A stretch of DNA of 64,000 bases, from NCBI GenBank assembly GCA_965644295.1, contig CBFFRP010000080.1, positions 124,001-188,000 of the forward strand, in the 5' to 3' direction. Of this stretch, positions 1 to 13,112 are shown one piece after another (the stretch's first letter is position 1; each line of letters begins with the position of its first letter). Made by a program: the position numbers and the translations under genes. Source of the DNA: Paraphysomonas bandaiensis (Eukaryota > Protista > Chrysophyceae). Below the pieces are notes generated by a model, which was not told the DNA's origin, did no database searches, and worked only from the letters and a program-made list of their open reading frames with translations.

Positions 1-533
1 TTCTTCCACGGCAAGCTACATCCAGCACCCAAAAACTTCTCCGGTATGGATTGCAACAGCAACATTCGGGCAAAATCCTCCATGTTAACTTCACTGCCGA
101 TACCTGTAAACGCCAGGCCCTCAGGGTACAATATCACCTGGCATATTTCTGTGTCCTTTTCGGTCCCTTCATAAGCAGTCATTTTCACAGCGAGAGTAGA
201 ACCTGTCTCAGATTTAGCGCTTTCGATTGCAGCCGACAAGCGGGCCGCGAAACTGTTTTCTTCTTTCTCAATTCGTTTCGGCCATGCTGCTGATGATGTT
301 GTGCGCACTATCACATGCCTGTCGACATGCGGGGCCGTATCTTGCAGTGCAGAACACGCATCACATGAACTGGAGACATCCCCGTCCCTCTCTATCTCTG
401 CCTTTCTATCGCAGGAAGCTGCCTGTGTCTTGAGCGCAGAGCGACCAGAGAGAAGATTGCGGCCCCACACCATCAGCATGTGTGCAGCTATGAACAGCAA
501 TGGCTTCCGCAAATGTGCAACCAAATGATTCAT
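1..533 (-). CDS. Partial hypothetical ORF running off the left edge (MNHLVAHLRKPLLF...GAGCSLPWK); absent from the ORF track because it has no stop in the window
   Basis: Manual translation from the ATG at 533 gives about 177 codons without a stop down to base 1. No family recognised; could be transposon-derived. Confidence 0.4.
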   Translation of the reverse strand, partial: MNHLVAHLRKPLLFIAAHMLMVWGRNLLSGRSALKTQAASCDRKAEIERDGDVSSSCDACSALQDTAPHVDRHVIVRTTSSAAWPKRIEKEENSFAARLSAAIESAKSETGSTLAVKMTAYEGTEKDTEICQVILYPEGLAFTGIGSEVNMEDFARMLLLQSIPEKFLGAGCSLPWK

Positions 534-596
534 CGCTCCATTCGCTCTGTAGCCTGCCAGCCAAACAAAATTCCGTAATCAACATACTGGAATGTG

Positions 597-739
597 TATG
601 TATGTATGTATGTATGTATGTATGTATGTATGTATGTATGTATGTATGTATGTATGTATGTATGTATGTATGTATGTATGTATGTATGTATGTATGTATG
701 TATGTATGTATGTATGTATGTATGTATGTATGTATGTAT
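597..739. repeat. (TATG)n microsatellite, about 35 units
   Basis: Directly visible perfect tetranucleotide tract. Confidence 0.98.
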
Positions 740-940
740 CACATACTGCAAACAAATGCAATATCCAAAAAAACAAAAGGTGGGACAAATATAGACTCGA
801 ATATAGACTACGTAGTATATACGTAGTACGAAGTAGAATATAACATGCATTTGAAACACGCACTGAACTATTCACTATTCTCCTTGAACATGGCAGCCGT
901 TAGTGGCATATATCACTATTCGACCATAGTTACTGTAAAC

Positions 941-1700
941 ATGAGTGAGACAGATTCAGACAGGGAGGAAGAGTTACCTCAAAGGGGAAGAGGAAGTGGC
1001 CATAAACGCCGACAGCGTGTTGTCTCTGTTGACTCCAATGCTGATAATATATCTGACTATAAGAATTAACGAACTAAAGCAGGTATGAAAGCAGCATACA
1101 AGCAAAGGTTGGCCATATTGCAGCGTGGTGTAAAACAGAGTACCATGAAGCTCTGATGATGATGAAAATTTGAAGAATCCATTCCCGAAAGGCATCTGTC
1201 TTGATTTCTGCGGCCATCTGTTCACACCGGCTCACGAAAGAGGGAAGCTAAGGACCCCAGATGACATTCGAGAAGGTGAACCTGCCCCCCCCTAGTGTAT
1301 CCCACACTAAGGGATATAGAAGCTCCATCGTCGACATATATACCTAAAGAAAAGTGAAGCTGGACGTGGACTTAGACGTAGACCTACGGCTGGCGATAGA
1401 TGGCTACGAGAAACACATCAATGAGCTGAAGAAGAAAGGACTCATGAAAGCAGAAGGGGGAAAAAGTCCATTAAAATTGAATGGCTATAAAATTTTAGCG
1501 ACGAAAATGATGCTGATGGTTCCCTGTGCCATTGCATGCAGTTGGTCCTATATGTTGTTCATGTGGGCATATTTTGTTCTGATGTGGAATTTGATGAATA
1601 GATCTGATTTAGTAGCTCATTGATGATTGAACTTTTTGACTGGAAAGGTGATGCAATGCTTGTTCAAGAGCAAGGACACAAAGCGGACAAAAAACTTTGT
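941..1700 (+). mobile_element. Degraded Crypton-like (tyrosine recombinase) transposon ORF
   Basis: Pieces in different frames, separated by stops and frameshifts: GYRSSIVDIY, EGGKSPLKLNGYKILA, YFVLMWNLMNRS (box I Arg context) and FDWKGDAMLVQEQGHKAD. These resemble stramenopile Crypton recombinases. Truncated at about 1700. Confidence 0.62.
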
Positions 1701-1842
1701 AACTAGAATCACCCGTTACGCCTACGAGTTGACTTCACCTATTGTACACAAAATAGTTCAGTTGTTGGCCCAAAATAACAAACGAAAAGTTGAAATACCT
1801 ACACAAATGACACTTATTAGTGGGTAGATATGAGTGATTTCA

Positions 1843-1995
1843 CCCTTGGGCCACACAAGCATTCGGCTATATGAGAGGTAGAAAATTATCTGCAAGTCAC
1901 GTTAGATTCCCGAAGAAATATCTCCACTTTAATAGATTCCCGGTACTTATCCCCCAGAACACCACAAAAAGTTGCGAGTCCGACTTTGTTGAGGA
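1843..1995 (+). repeat. Dispersed repeat family A, copy 1 (partial)
   Basis: CCACACAAGCATT.GGCTA and CCGGTACTTATCCCCCAGAACAC...GCGAGTCCG.CTTTGTTGAGG are shared with 16940-17087. Confidence 0.75.
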
Positions 1996-2552
1996 CACCG
2001 ATGATTATTCAGAGAATGAGTGCGAAGAAATCTGTGATATACTTAGCAGTAGAGGTAGTCTTTGGTTGGAAGCGTAGTGGGTTTGGTTATCATGTGATCT
2101 TGGTGAAATATTATTGCGAAGAAAAAAATACAATAAACACCTAGTCATACTACTAACTACTAGTCATTGTAAACTGAAGATAATATAATATTATTTAATG
2201 ACTAGATTTTCAACTTGTTTTTTTTTTGTTTGACTATGTGGTAAATTACATCAAATTCACTAAAGTTCAAAAATAGATCTCGTGATATTAATGACTAGTA
2301 CAATTGAAAGCCGTAGTTATAAGAAGGTATGTAAATTACAGTAGTAAACAGTTGTATTCTTATTAATCGTACTATGAGAATGAATGACGACAAGAGTATA
2401 GTAGTGAAACGAAGTGTGGTGACGATGTAAGGTGTAGTGACGAAGTTGAGCGTACGAGAAATGAGTGGTATAGTAGAGATAACATGAAATTGGTGAATGA
2501 TAAGAGATATTGATTATAATTTGTAATTCTCATCATCGAGTATAAGTAATAA

Positions 2553-3495
2553 CAGGGATAGGGAACAATATATTGTGTTGCAATATATTGTAAACTATAT
2601 TGATTGTTGGACTGGTCGAATATTATACCTGTTAAAGTAGCTCACAATATATTGCAATATATTCCAACCAATATTATGATAGTCATATATACAAAAAGCT
2701 TCTTAACTGTAGGGTGCAAAGTATAAGACCACGTATATAAATATCCGAAAAATAAGAAAAAATCCTATTTTTTAAGTATCGCCAGCTCGAACAATACTCT
2801 ACTACGCCTCTACATATGTATGTACAGTAATTCTCTTAATATAATATATATATCATATAGTGATAAGAAACGACATCTGAACGATAAATTCATACAAAAG
2901 TAGGGGCATTTACCGCTGTTTTTGGAGTCCGGTTGAAGGTGAACCAACCAAGCAAAGTCTGTGCAAAGTCTGTGGACGTAGACGACAACAGAAGATATCG
3001 AATAGTTACGACTAAATCTAGCTGTCAATGAACTCATTGGTAGCAAAGAGAAGAGAAATGACGAAGGAGATGTGACGAGATCTGACGAAGGCATTAGGCT
3101 ATCTTATACATTATACACTATATTATTTAGTAGTATTATTTTAACAAAATTTGGCCTCATAAAATTTGCAATATGTTGTTCCATATATAAAATATACATA
3201 TCAAAGTTTGACATTATGTGAGAAATATTGTAATTATTATGAGGCCAAATTTTGCTAAAATAATAATATATATATTGTAGCAAGCAAAAATAAATATATA
3301 ATTGTAATATGCAATATATTGCAATCCAATATATTTTGACGTGGCCCTGCTAAAAACAGAATCTACGCATTTGTTCAATTACTGATTAATGATAGGAATA
3401 TATTGCTGGTTTTAAAGCTCCATTAATATTACGGACGGGACGCTATCTAACAAAAGCCCTGTTCCAATATATCAATATATTGTTCCCCAGCCCTG
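2553..3495. mobile_element. Non-autonomous hAT-like element (MITE family B, copy 1)
   Basis: Imperfect TIRs CAGGGATAGGGAACAATATATTG (2553) and CAATATATTGTTCCCCAGCCCTG (ends 3495). Internal blocks 2863-2987 and 3359-3394 match the 15145-16428 element in reverse orientation. The TSD is not preserved. Confidence 0.65.
3134..3265. repeat. Inverted repeat (about 29-bp arms), possible nested MITE
   Basis: TATTATTTTAACAAAATTTGGCCTCATAA ... TTATGAGGCCAAATTTTGCTAAAATAATA, one mismatch. Confidence 0.8.
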
Positions 3496-3772
3496 GGTTG
3501 TAGTATGGGCGGATATAATGCTTGACGCATACTTCCAAAGTATGAAGTATGAAGCAATATTGATGAAAATTACCTTCATTAAAGCAGAAAAGATTTCTCG
3601 TAATTAATTTTGTGAATTCCAACACGGAATGAAACCATTTCGACGTCAATTCAATACACCAATGAAACAGGGCTGGCGAACATTGAACAGTTATGTACAA
3701 ATAAATAGAGCATACACTACGCAGCAACTTGGTAAGCGCAAAACCACGCACAGTAACGGCATATATTTGTGC

Positions 3773-4344
3773 TTAATAATATACATCATCTAACTCAACA
3801 TCAACATCCTCTGCACCCCCGGACTCTTTGAATGCTTTGAAATATTTCAACAAACTTGGGACTAGCTTCTTGAAGTCTGCTTTGGAAACAAACTCAATAT
3901 CAATGGTTCTGCAGCAATACATTTCAGCAACTAAATTAGTCGAAAAAAACTTCACACACCTGTTTCTAAGTATTAAAGATATGGAATAAGTATACTGAGT
4001 GGGTGCACAGCATCTACGCAGTGTCGCAGTGCCACAGTACCCAGGAGCTAAGGGGTCTTCCTCCGTCCCTCGACGAATTTCGATAATATCGTGCAATGAT
4101 AATTTTCTAGCATCTGGAGGAATCTCCGACATCCGCATTACTGAACTCATTTCAGAGTAGTCAGGGCACCAATATATACTATTTCTATCATTCCTATCCC
4201 ACATTAGTAGACGTTTCTTCGGCTGACCCCATCTACCTGCTTGAACATGAGTTTAAATGAAGAGCCAGTATTCGGCTCACCGTGTTTATAGACACTCATA
4301 CCATGGCCTCCAAGGGTCCTCTCAAAGCCATCTCGAGGAGACAT
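3773..4344 (-). CDS. Small PH-domain protein (PLC-type PH-like), 3 exons
   Basis: Splicing joins MSVYKH-GRWGQPKKRLLMWDR...SIYWC...LSLHDIIEIRRG...SISLIL...RTIDIEF, a typical PH signature. Introns at about 4237-4280 and 3909-3959. The start could instead be the ATG at 4407. Confidence 0.7.
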
Positions 4345-4790
4345 TGACGCCTGAGATGCAAATGACGGGAACGCCCCAAGAACTCGCCGTGACCCTTCTT
4401 GCGTCATATCACCAATGCTGCCTAGTCCGATAATAAGCTCCCTCAAGTGGACTAGATATGCAGTTGAATTATGAATTATGAACTACCTTAATTTTGATCG
4501 GCAGTCTGTGCTTTGCGTTGCGTGCAGCGGCAAGCAAGCAAACATATGCACTGGACTGGTTGTAGTATGGTAATACTGTACAAGATATGTGCTGATTTGC
4601 GTGCTGCTCGTGAGGATGAAAATTGGATATACAATTGCAGGAAATACCGCAATACTACTGTACAGTCCTCAGATGTACGACGTACTCCTGTAGGTACGGC
4701 CGTGCATGGCATGGTTCTGTTGGAACATAGCCAGACACGCACCATCATCTAACGCGACAAGTATTCATTTTAAAGTTCAGTATCAGCAGC

Positions 4791-6218
4791 ATGGACTTGT
4801 TTGATGATCCATTAACGCCAGTATCAAATGATAGCTATGACAACGAGCTGCTGTTATCGTCTCGAAATGATGACATTCAGAGCCGTAAGAAGAAATTCAT
4901 ATTCCGTCTCGTGCAGGCCCTGCACAGCGCCGGGAACCTGTCGTACCGAACGGAAGAAGCAGTGCGCAATGTATCGCGGTCGCTTCACATCTACTCCACT
5001 TGCACTGTCTTCCCAGTTTCAGTGAATATATCGTTCAGCTCCTCCACGTCTCTCACGCCCACCAACTCAGAATCGTACACTTTTAGGATTTCGAGTGGAT
5101 TTGACTGCTCTAAACTTCACAAGTTAAATGGATTATGTTACAGTCTAATTCGCCGTGAGATTGATTTGGTTGCTGCGGAGACTACACTCCAAATAATAGA
5201 AGATGCAGAACCACTGTAAGTGCTTGCTACCTTTCTGGAATCTGATATGACTGTAACTAGGTACCCATCATACGTGACTGCTGGTGCGTATTGCTCGGCT
5301 TCGTTGTTCTCCTCCTTACTTTTTTTTGGTGGTGGTATATATGATGGCTTATGTGCTGCTGTGATGGGTGCAGTTGTATATTGCATTAATCAATGCACCT
5401 CTAGCATTGTGGGACTTTCTGAAGTGGAATCCTTTGTGTCTTCTTTCTGTGTTACCTGTTGCACATGCCTCTTGAATAAATTTGTTGCGGCAAGAAGTCT
5501 GTGCTTATACGGCCAGCTGTTCGGGGGGGTGGTGTGGCTGTTGCCCGGTTTTAGTATAACTCTAGCGTTGCTGGAGATATATTCGAAGATGATCGTATAC
5601 GGGTCTGCCAGGCTAGTACATGGAATATCTTTAGCTTGTCAGCTGGGGTTTGGTATTGCTATCGGATGTAGATTGGTTTTTCCTGAAGTTGATATACCAA
5701 CTAGTTTCGCCCATGGATGCGAAAACCCGTTGCCAAGTGTCACGAAGGCGTTTTTGCTTCCTCTGGCCAGTATATCGTTTGCAATAATTCTCAATGCTGA
5801 AATACATCAGCTTTTGGGTATGGTTGTGGTTGCGGCTGTTGGTTATGCGACGACCAGTCTGCTTGAGCTCACCAATACTGCTGGGAGCTTTGGTGAAAAT
5901 GCCATACCCCTGGCAGCTGCTATGGTGGTCACGGCAACAGCTCGAGTGTATGCATATCAGATGGGCAACCAACGCCCGTTAATCTATATATTTAATGGTC
6001 TCCTTATTCTTGTACCAGGCGGATTGGGAGTGCGAGGCATGTCGAATGTATGGTCCGGTGACATAGAGAGTGGGATACAGTTCACTTTCAAAATGGTCAT
6101 GATCGGTGTGTGTCTAGCCATAGGCGTCTTCTTGGCATTACTTCCCACAAAGAAGATGTCATTGCGACAAAGGAAGAACAGCGTGTATGAGTATACACCC
6201 ATACACGATGCATTGTAG
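4791..6218 (+). CDS. Threonine/serine exporter (ThrE / PRM10-like) family membrane protein
   Basis: LVQALHSAGNLSYRTEE, GGVVWLLPGFSITLALLE and LILVPGGLGVRG motifs, about 10 TM helices. One 45-nt intron at 5216-5260. Confidence 0.85.
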
Positions 6219-6236
6219 AGTGTAATAGGTTGTTGC

Positions 6237-6264
6237 TAACAATAGATGCTACCATCTATTGTTA
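6237..6264 (+). other. Perfect 12-bp stem / 4-nt loop hairpin just after the ThrE stop codon
   Basis: TAACAATAGATG-CTAC-CATCTATTGTTA. Confidence 0.6.
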
Positions 6265-7102
6265 AAATTCTCCCGTTTATATCAGTAAAACAATATGGTG
6301 ATAGTTTCTAATATTTGGTTCAGTGTCCTACGATCATCTGTAGAGTGTGTTCGACTAAACACGTTTAATCTAATTATGTATTGATGTTTATGTAATGGGG
6401 AAATGTAATTATCGACGTGAATATATCTAGAAGTAATCTTTGATCTTTGAGTGGCTATTGCTGCAAGCTGCAATACAGAATCAATGTCGAAATACCTCTC
6501 AAGTGACATCATTCTCAAGATGAATTTCACAGTGCGTACTGTATAACTGCTACTATGTCAATGATATTGTTATAGCATTTATTGTTTGCAGTTTCAATAT
6601 TTGATAATTAATTGTTACGCAGCCCTGCTGCTCAATATGACATCACGCAGGCCAATGTGAGTAGTATAACGGTTTAGAAACATATTTTAGATGAAAGGCT
6701 ATACATATTTAGATGTAAATCGGCGGAACATCCCAATTTATATTAACCATTCTTCACATAACGCTATGAAGCTAATGAGTTTCACATATACTATCCAGAA
6801 GGTGAGTCCTTAAATTGTTATAATACCGCAATTTTTCTGGTGAATTACACTGGTGTTATATGTATTGCACAATTTATACAGTAAAAATATTTGTAAAGCG
6901 AACTCCTGTGATGCAAACATTTCACCGTGAAATATAATACAACGGGATTATAATACCATGATTCATTATTCATGACAAAAAATTCAGCTTTACCATTGGC
7001 AACGAGTTTCTGCCAATTGCACCAACTACGAAAAAATAATTATTCGCCAAGAAGCAGAACTTTTCCACTACGCAGACACAGCTGCCCTGTCAATAAGTTG
7101 CT

Positions 7103-9314
7103 CTAATCAATCTTAACATTACTATATATCTTTCGAACGAATATTCCGGCTCCCCATACCCCGATTGTTCCGCACATTAGAAAGAGCGAAAAACAAAATA
7201 GAAACCTGCGCAGAATACTCGCGTGAGAGAGATGTCAATATAGTGAAAACTGCTTACATATAGCCGAAGTAAAAGGAAACCTGCAGCAGCCCAGTCATCT
7301 GAGTCTTATATGTAAAATAATAAATGGAGTAAAGAAACACATATCCCGCAGTGGATCCCGCCGAGAGGAAGGAAATCCATTGCCAATGGTAGTTCTCAGA
7401 GTTGAGGAGGAAATAAACTGCCACGATAGTGGTACATACGGTGACCATTGCGAGAATACAGTATACCAGCAGCATAAACCCATACACATAGTAGAACTTA
7501 TAAGACCAAAACGATGTAAAAACGAAGTACATCTCGATGAATATCGACCCGAAGGGAAGAATACCAGAGACGGGGATGATGAACCAGGGCGACGAATACC
7601 ATTTCGGTGCAGGGATTGGCCTGATGAGGTATGTTCTATGACGCTCATAGCAGTGAAACCAGACATGCACATACATACCTCGGAATGCTGTTGACGCGAC
7701 AGGGTAATTCCACCTTGCCTACGAAGTGTCTACCAAAGATGGTCCCCACCACTGTCAGTGGAAAAGAAACGAAGAGCCAAACAGCAATCATCTTTATGAT
7801 AACCATTGCTGGAATCGCATTTACAGTATCATAGTATATCGCGATAGAGTTAAGAAGTGCCACAACCGAAACTACAGTTGTCGGGAAAAACAAGCTAGTG
7901 CAAAGCATAGCCTGCTGCCATTGAGAGTTCTGCTCTGCACGGGCAGAAGTGAAATACTTCCTGTAGAAGGAGCCAGATGAGAAGCCAGCTACAACAGAGG
8001 AAAGGGCAAAGCAAACAATGAAAGTAGATGCCATTTCTCCGCGGTCTTCATACATGTAACCATGCATTGGTCCTGTGGGCACAGCACCATAGTAATGCAT
8101 AAGGTTCAACGGTTTTCAGCTTTTACATACCTGCCATTGCATATAAGATGACACCTAAAAGTAGCACAATGAGTTGCCAGCCAGATCCCCACAGTGCAGT
8201 AAAGAGAATGAGGTGAGATGGAGGACGGAACACGTCTCCATGAACCTGCTTCCATCCAGAGTCCTCTCCCATCATGCGGGACCCTTCCACATCTAGCTCA
8301 TCGTCTTTGGCGTAGCGTGCAAAGTCATTTCGAAGTGTGCGTAACAAAATTAACGCTACCAAGCCACACAGGAATATAACCATCATGAAACTGTTGAATA
8401 TAGAGAACCAATGAATTTGGTGCTCAAAGAAGTCGTATTCCAAGTAGCGATTGAAGCGGGTCTCGAAGGGCTTGGTGGTTGCTTTCCAACGTACACTGTA
8501 CGTGTATCGGAGAGTTGAGCCGAGTTCAATAGGAACTGGATTTTCAGACGTCAGATTAGCTTCAATTATCCGATTGTCATTGTACGATAGGCTCAATGAC
8601 CGGTGAGTGAAGATATGCTGTACCATGAAATCTTATCAGTTTTCGAACATTTGTAGTATATCGATGCGAGTACGAAAACATACCGGAATCATCTTGCCAG
8701 ATTTCTCGTCACGCAAAATTTCTCCTACCATTCCCCACATGGGCAAGTCATCCAAGTAGAGTTCGTACCAGTACTAAATAGAGTAATTATCGCGAATACT
8801 GGAATGATATATTCCCACCTGTTGGTTCACTGCCTGCTTGAGTTCTTGGACATCATCTTTATTCAGCACCATGTCGCATACATCCTCACGATTTACATCC
8901 TCTGTAACACCAAGTGAGACATGTCAGCATAGAAAATTCAGTCGTACTGGCGAAATGAAGTTTAAATCCGCTATTTCGGAGTTCGTTTCCTTCAAGTATT
9001 TCCCCAATACCAGATGGTCTTTTCTTTGTCTCTATTCCTAAATCAGGCTTGCAAAAAGGCAGGTCATAATATGGATAAGTTTCCTGAAACGATAATGAGT
9101 TGCGAAAAGATGGCAATGAGGGGCAGCGTGTACCTGAGGGTTGTGGTATGGGCCCACAGTGTTCACCCACAGTGTAACCGCTTCATCGGCTTTATACTGA
9201 AAGAATAGTTGAGAACGAAAAGCATTCAACGACATGTATCACCATATGGTTATTGTCATCAGCATGCGTCACTTGCACTGCTGCCAAAATCACGAATACA
9301 AATGATTTGACCAT
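7103..9314 (-). CDS. TM9SF3: Transmembrane 9 superfamily (nonaspanin) member 3-like, multi-exon
   Basis: Signal peptide; [80 protein letters not shown]; C-terminus NVKID*. Multiple GT-AG introns. Confidence 0.95.
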
Positions 9315-9902
9315 ATCGACTTGTGCACTCTACTCCACTTCAGCACTGAAATCAATGAACACCAAGAAGTATGTGACAATCAAAGTCTATTTCAGCACAT
9401 TATTCGGTAGTTCTCTGCGCTGGGCACTGGGGTGCATAGCAGTACTGCACTGTATATTGACTTAATGGAGAGAGGCAGAGTCGGCAAAAGCAAGTAGCCT
9501 AACAGTACACTACGGAATACACTGTATCCCAAGAGACTACGGATCATATATGTGGGAATCCGTGCGATGTGTAGGCAGTACTACTCTGAAGGTAGTCTGG
9601 ATGTATACGAGTGTTCTGTACATAAAACTGAAATAGTTGGGAAGTGAGTGTCTGTACAGGAACTCAACAATCAAATATTCAAATATTGAATTTGATTTGA
9701 TCATAAAAAGATTGCTCGGCATCGGCATCCGCATCGACAGCAGTCAGAACAGAACTCAGTGTTGTGAGGCGTATCGTATCGGTGCAGCACATAGCAGTTG
9801 ATATTAATATCTAGAGACTTACCCGCATCAGAGGTACAGTGCAGTGCAGTGCTATTAGATGTATGTCTGTAAATGTATCTGATCGATATTTCCTCGCAGA
9901 GA

Positions 9903-12529
9903 ATGTACGTGTATAAGAGAGACGGGCGAAAGGAAGTGGTTCACTTCGACAAGATCACCTCAAGAATAAACAAGCTGTGCTATGGTCTGGACCCGGAGCA
10001 CGTGGATGCGGCAGTGATCTCTCAGAAGGTTGTGCAGGGGGTGTATCCTGGAGTGACAACAGTGGAGCTGGATGAACTCGCTGCTCAGACGGCGGCTTCT
10101 ATGGCTACTCAGCACCCGGAATACAGTATTCTCGCAGCCAGAATTTCTGTCTCGAATCTGCACAAGCAGACTTCGAAAGTGTTTTCAGATGTCGTGGAGG
10201 AGCTCCACGCACATGTACACCCTAAAACCAATCAAGAGTCACCGTTGGTTTCCGATGAACTGTTTGAAATTGTTAAAGCTGTAAGTGTTCACCTCGTATT
10301 CATCTTGTTTGTATCTGATCACGTTGCTTTAATAGCACAAGGACAGACTCAACTCAGCCATCATTTACGATCGTGACTACAGTTACGATTACTTTGGGTT
10401 CAAGACCTTGGAACGTGCGTACCTTTTGTCGATCAATAAGAGAGTAGTCGAACGCCCGCAACATATGATTATGCGTGTATCTATTGGTATTCATGGATGG
10501 AATATCGATGCCGTATTGGAAACATACGATATGATGTCGAAGCAATATTTCACTCATGCCACTCCTACCCTCTATAACGCGGGCACTCCAAAACCCCAGT
10601 TGTCATCTTGCTTTCTGATGCAAATGAAGGATGACTCTATCGATGGCATCTACGACACACTCAAGAACTGTGCCATTATTTCTAAATATGCAGGAGGTAT
10701 TGGAGTGTCTGCCCACAATATCCGAGCCTCTAACTCCTATATCCGCGGCACAAATGGAACCTCCAATGGAATTGTTCCTATGCTTCGAGTGTTCAACAAT
10801 ACCGCGCGGTATGTTGACCAGGGTGGAGGGAAGCGCAAGGGATCAATTGCTGTTTATCTTGAACCCTGGCATGCCGATATCTTGGAATTCTTGGATCTGA
10901 AGAAGAATCATGGTAATGAGATGGAGAGGGCAAGGGACTTATTCTATGCGTTGTGGATCTCGGACTTGTTCATGCGCCGCGTAGAGGCCAACGGGACTTG
11001 GTCTCTCTTTTGCCCTAACGAGGCACCTGGTCTTCATGAGGTAAATTGTGTCATATGAAACGCTTATACCAACGACTGATGGCGTGGTGTAGGTGTGGGG
11101 AGAGGAGTTTGACACTCTGTATGAGCGCTATGAAGCGGAGGGCAAGGCTCGCCGCACCATGCCTGCACAAGAGCTCTGGTTTGCCATTCTCGCATCTCAG
11201 GTAGAGACAGGAACGCCGTATATGCTCTATAAAGATGCTTGCAACCGCAAGTCCAATCAGCAAAATTTGGGTACTATTAAGTCCTCCAACCTCTGTACGG
11301 AGATCTTGGAGTACACGTCACCTGAGGAGGTGGCGGTTTGCAACCTGGCATCTATCAATATTGCGGCATTCGTCAATGAATCCGACTCCACTTACGACTT
11401 CCAGAAACTCTATGAGGTCACAAAAGTTGTTTCGAAGAATCTTAATAAAGTGATCGATGTAAATTTCTATCCAATTCCCGAGGCTCGTCTCAGCAATGAA
11501 CGTCACCGTCCCGTTGGACTCGGTGTTCAAGGTCTGGCAGACACTTTTGCCAAGCTTCGATATCCATTTGAAAGCGAGGATGCGGTCAAACTTAACCGAG
11601 ATATATTTGAAACGATGTACTACGCTGCAATTGAGGCTTCTACCGAGCTTGCTGCAGAACAGGGTCCGTACTCTACCTACGAGGGATCTCCAATCTCCAA
11701 GGGGATCCTTCAGCCGGACATGTGGGGTGTTACGCCGTCGGATCGATGGGATTGGGCCGCTCTACGCGAGAAAATTGCTCAACATGGCGTGCGTAACTCT
11801 CTTATGATTGCACCGATGCCAACAGCTTCCACTGCTCAGGTGTGAAATTTCAATACCTATTTATGGGTGTTTATCTAATATCTTTCCCTCAGATTCTTGG
11901 TAACAACGAGTCTGTTGAGCCCTTTACATCTAATATGTACAATCGCCGTGTGCTTGCGGGTGAGTTTACCGTCGTTAACAAGGTATTGTGCCTCTTTTCT
12001 TAGTATTTAATTGCTAAGTTTTGCGTAGTATCTACTCAAGGACCTTGTGGATCGGGGCTTGTGGACCCCTGAGGTTCGAAACCAAATTATTGCTGATAAA
12101 GGAAGTGTGCAGAACGTATCAGCTATCCCGGTCGAGTTGCGCAATTTGTACAAGACTGTGTGGGAGATCAAGCAAAAGGTGGTGATTGACATGGCTGCTG
12201 ATCGAGGTGCCTACATCTGCCAATCACAGTCCCTCAATATTCACATGGCTGAGCCAAGCACTGCTCGATTAACCTCGATGCACTTCTATGCTTGGAGAAA
12301 GGGGCTCAAGACAGGGATGTATTACTTACGCTCGCGTCCTAAGGCTGATGCCATTCAGTTCACTGTGGATCAATCAGCTCTCGCGCAGACACGTAAAGCT
12401 GATACCAAGAACAGTCTACACTCCTCAAAGCCAACAGTGGTTAAGAGTAGCAAAATTCAGCTCACAAACGAGCCAATCAAAGGACTGGACTATGAGTCTG
12501 AGCCCGCGTGTGAGTCTTGCAGCGCTTAG
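9903..12529 (+). CDS. RRM1: Ribonucleoside-diphosphate reductase large subunit (class Ia)
   Basis: ATP-cone VYKRDG...[20 protein letters not shown] active site, [24 protein letters not shown] and C-terminal CESCSA. Introns at about 10281-10334, 11041-11092, 11840-11892 and 11983-12029. Confidence 0.98.
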
Positions 12530-13112
12530 GAGTGTTTCCTGTACGGACTGGATGCCATACGAAATGAATGGCACTAAACAAATGCTATTGCTAAATTAAA
12601 TGCATTGTACACAATAGCACCAACCTTGTATTAATATTATCATATTTGGGTACTAGTACTTCAAAATATAAAATTCGTTGAAGTACATCGTGCGATCGTA
12701 GCCTAGTAAAATTATTAAGATATTTTGAGGATATTTCTCACCGTCATTTCATCACTGTGGAATAATTAGTTATTAATCGAGTGTATATTGTGAAGAAACA
12801 TGATGTATAATATATACTTCATACTAGCCAAAGCACACTGGAGATATCATATAATGACAAATTCATGGAAACGAATGCTGCATAAGATTAGTGTTGTCCC
12901 TCTTGTTTCTACTTCAGCAGTGCTTGTGAATAACAATTATTATTTTGTTATACATAAGCAATAAACAGCACACGACGTGGCAATACTTCAATCAGTTCGG
13001 CTTCAATAGCTAAGTCGACTATCTTATTACGCTGCCGGGTACATTAACTACCTTACCAACTAATAGAACTCCTAAATATACCAACACGAATTCCAGGCAT
13101 ATATTATACAGC

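Noticed and set aside
500-875. ORFs with MYVC / HTYI repeats
   Set aside because: They are translations of the (TATG)n microsatellite.
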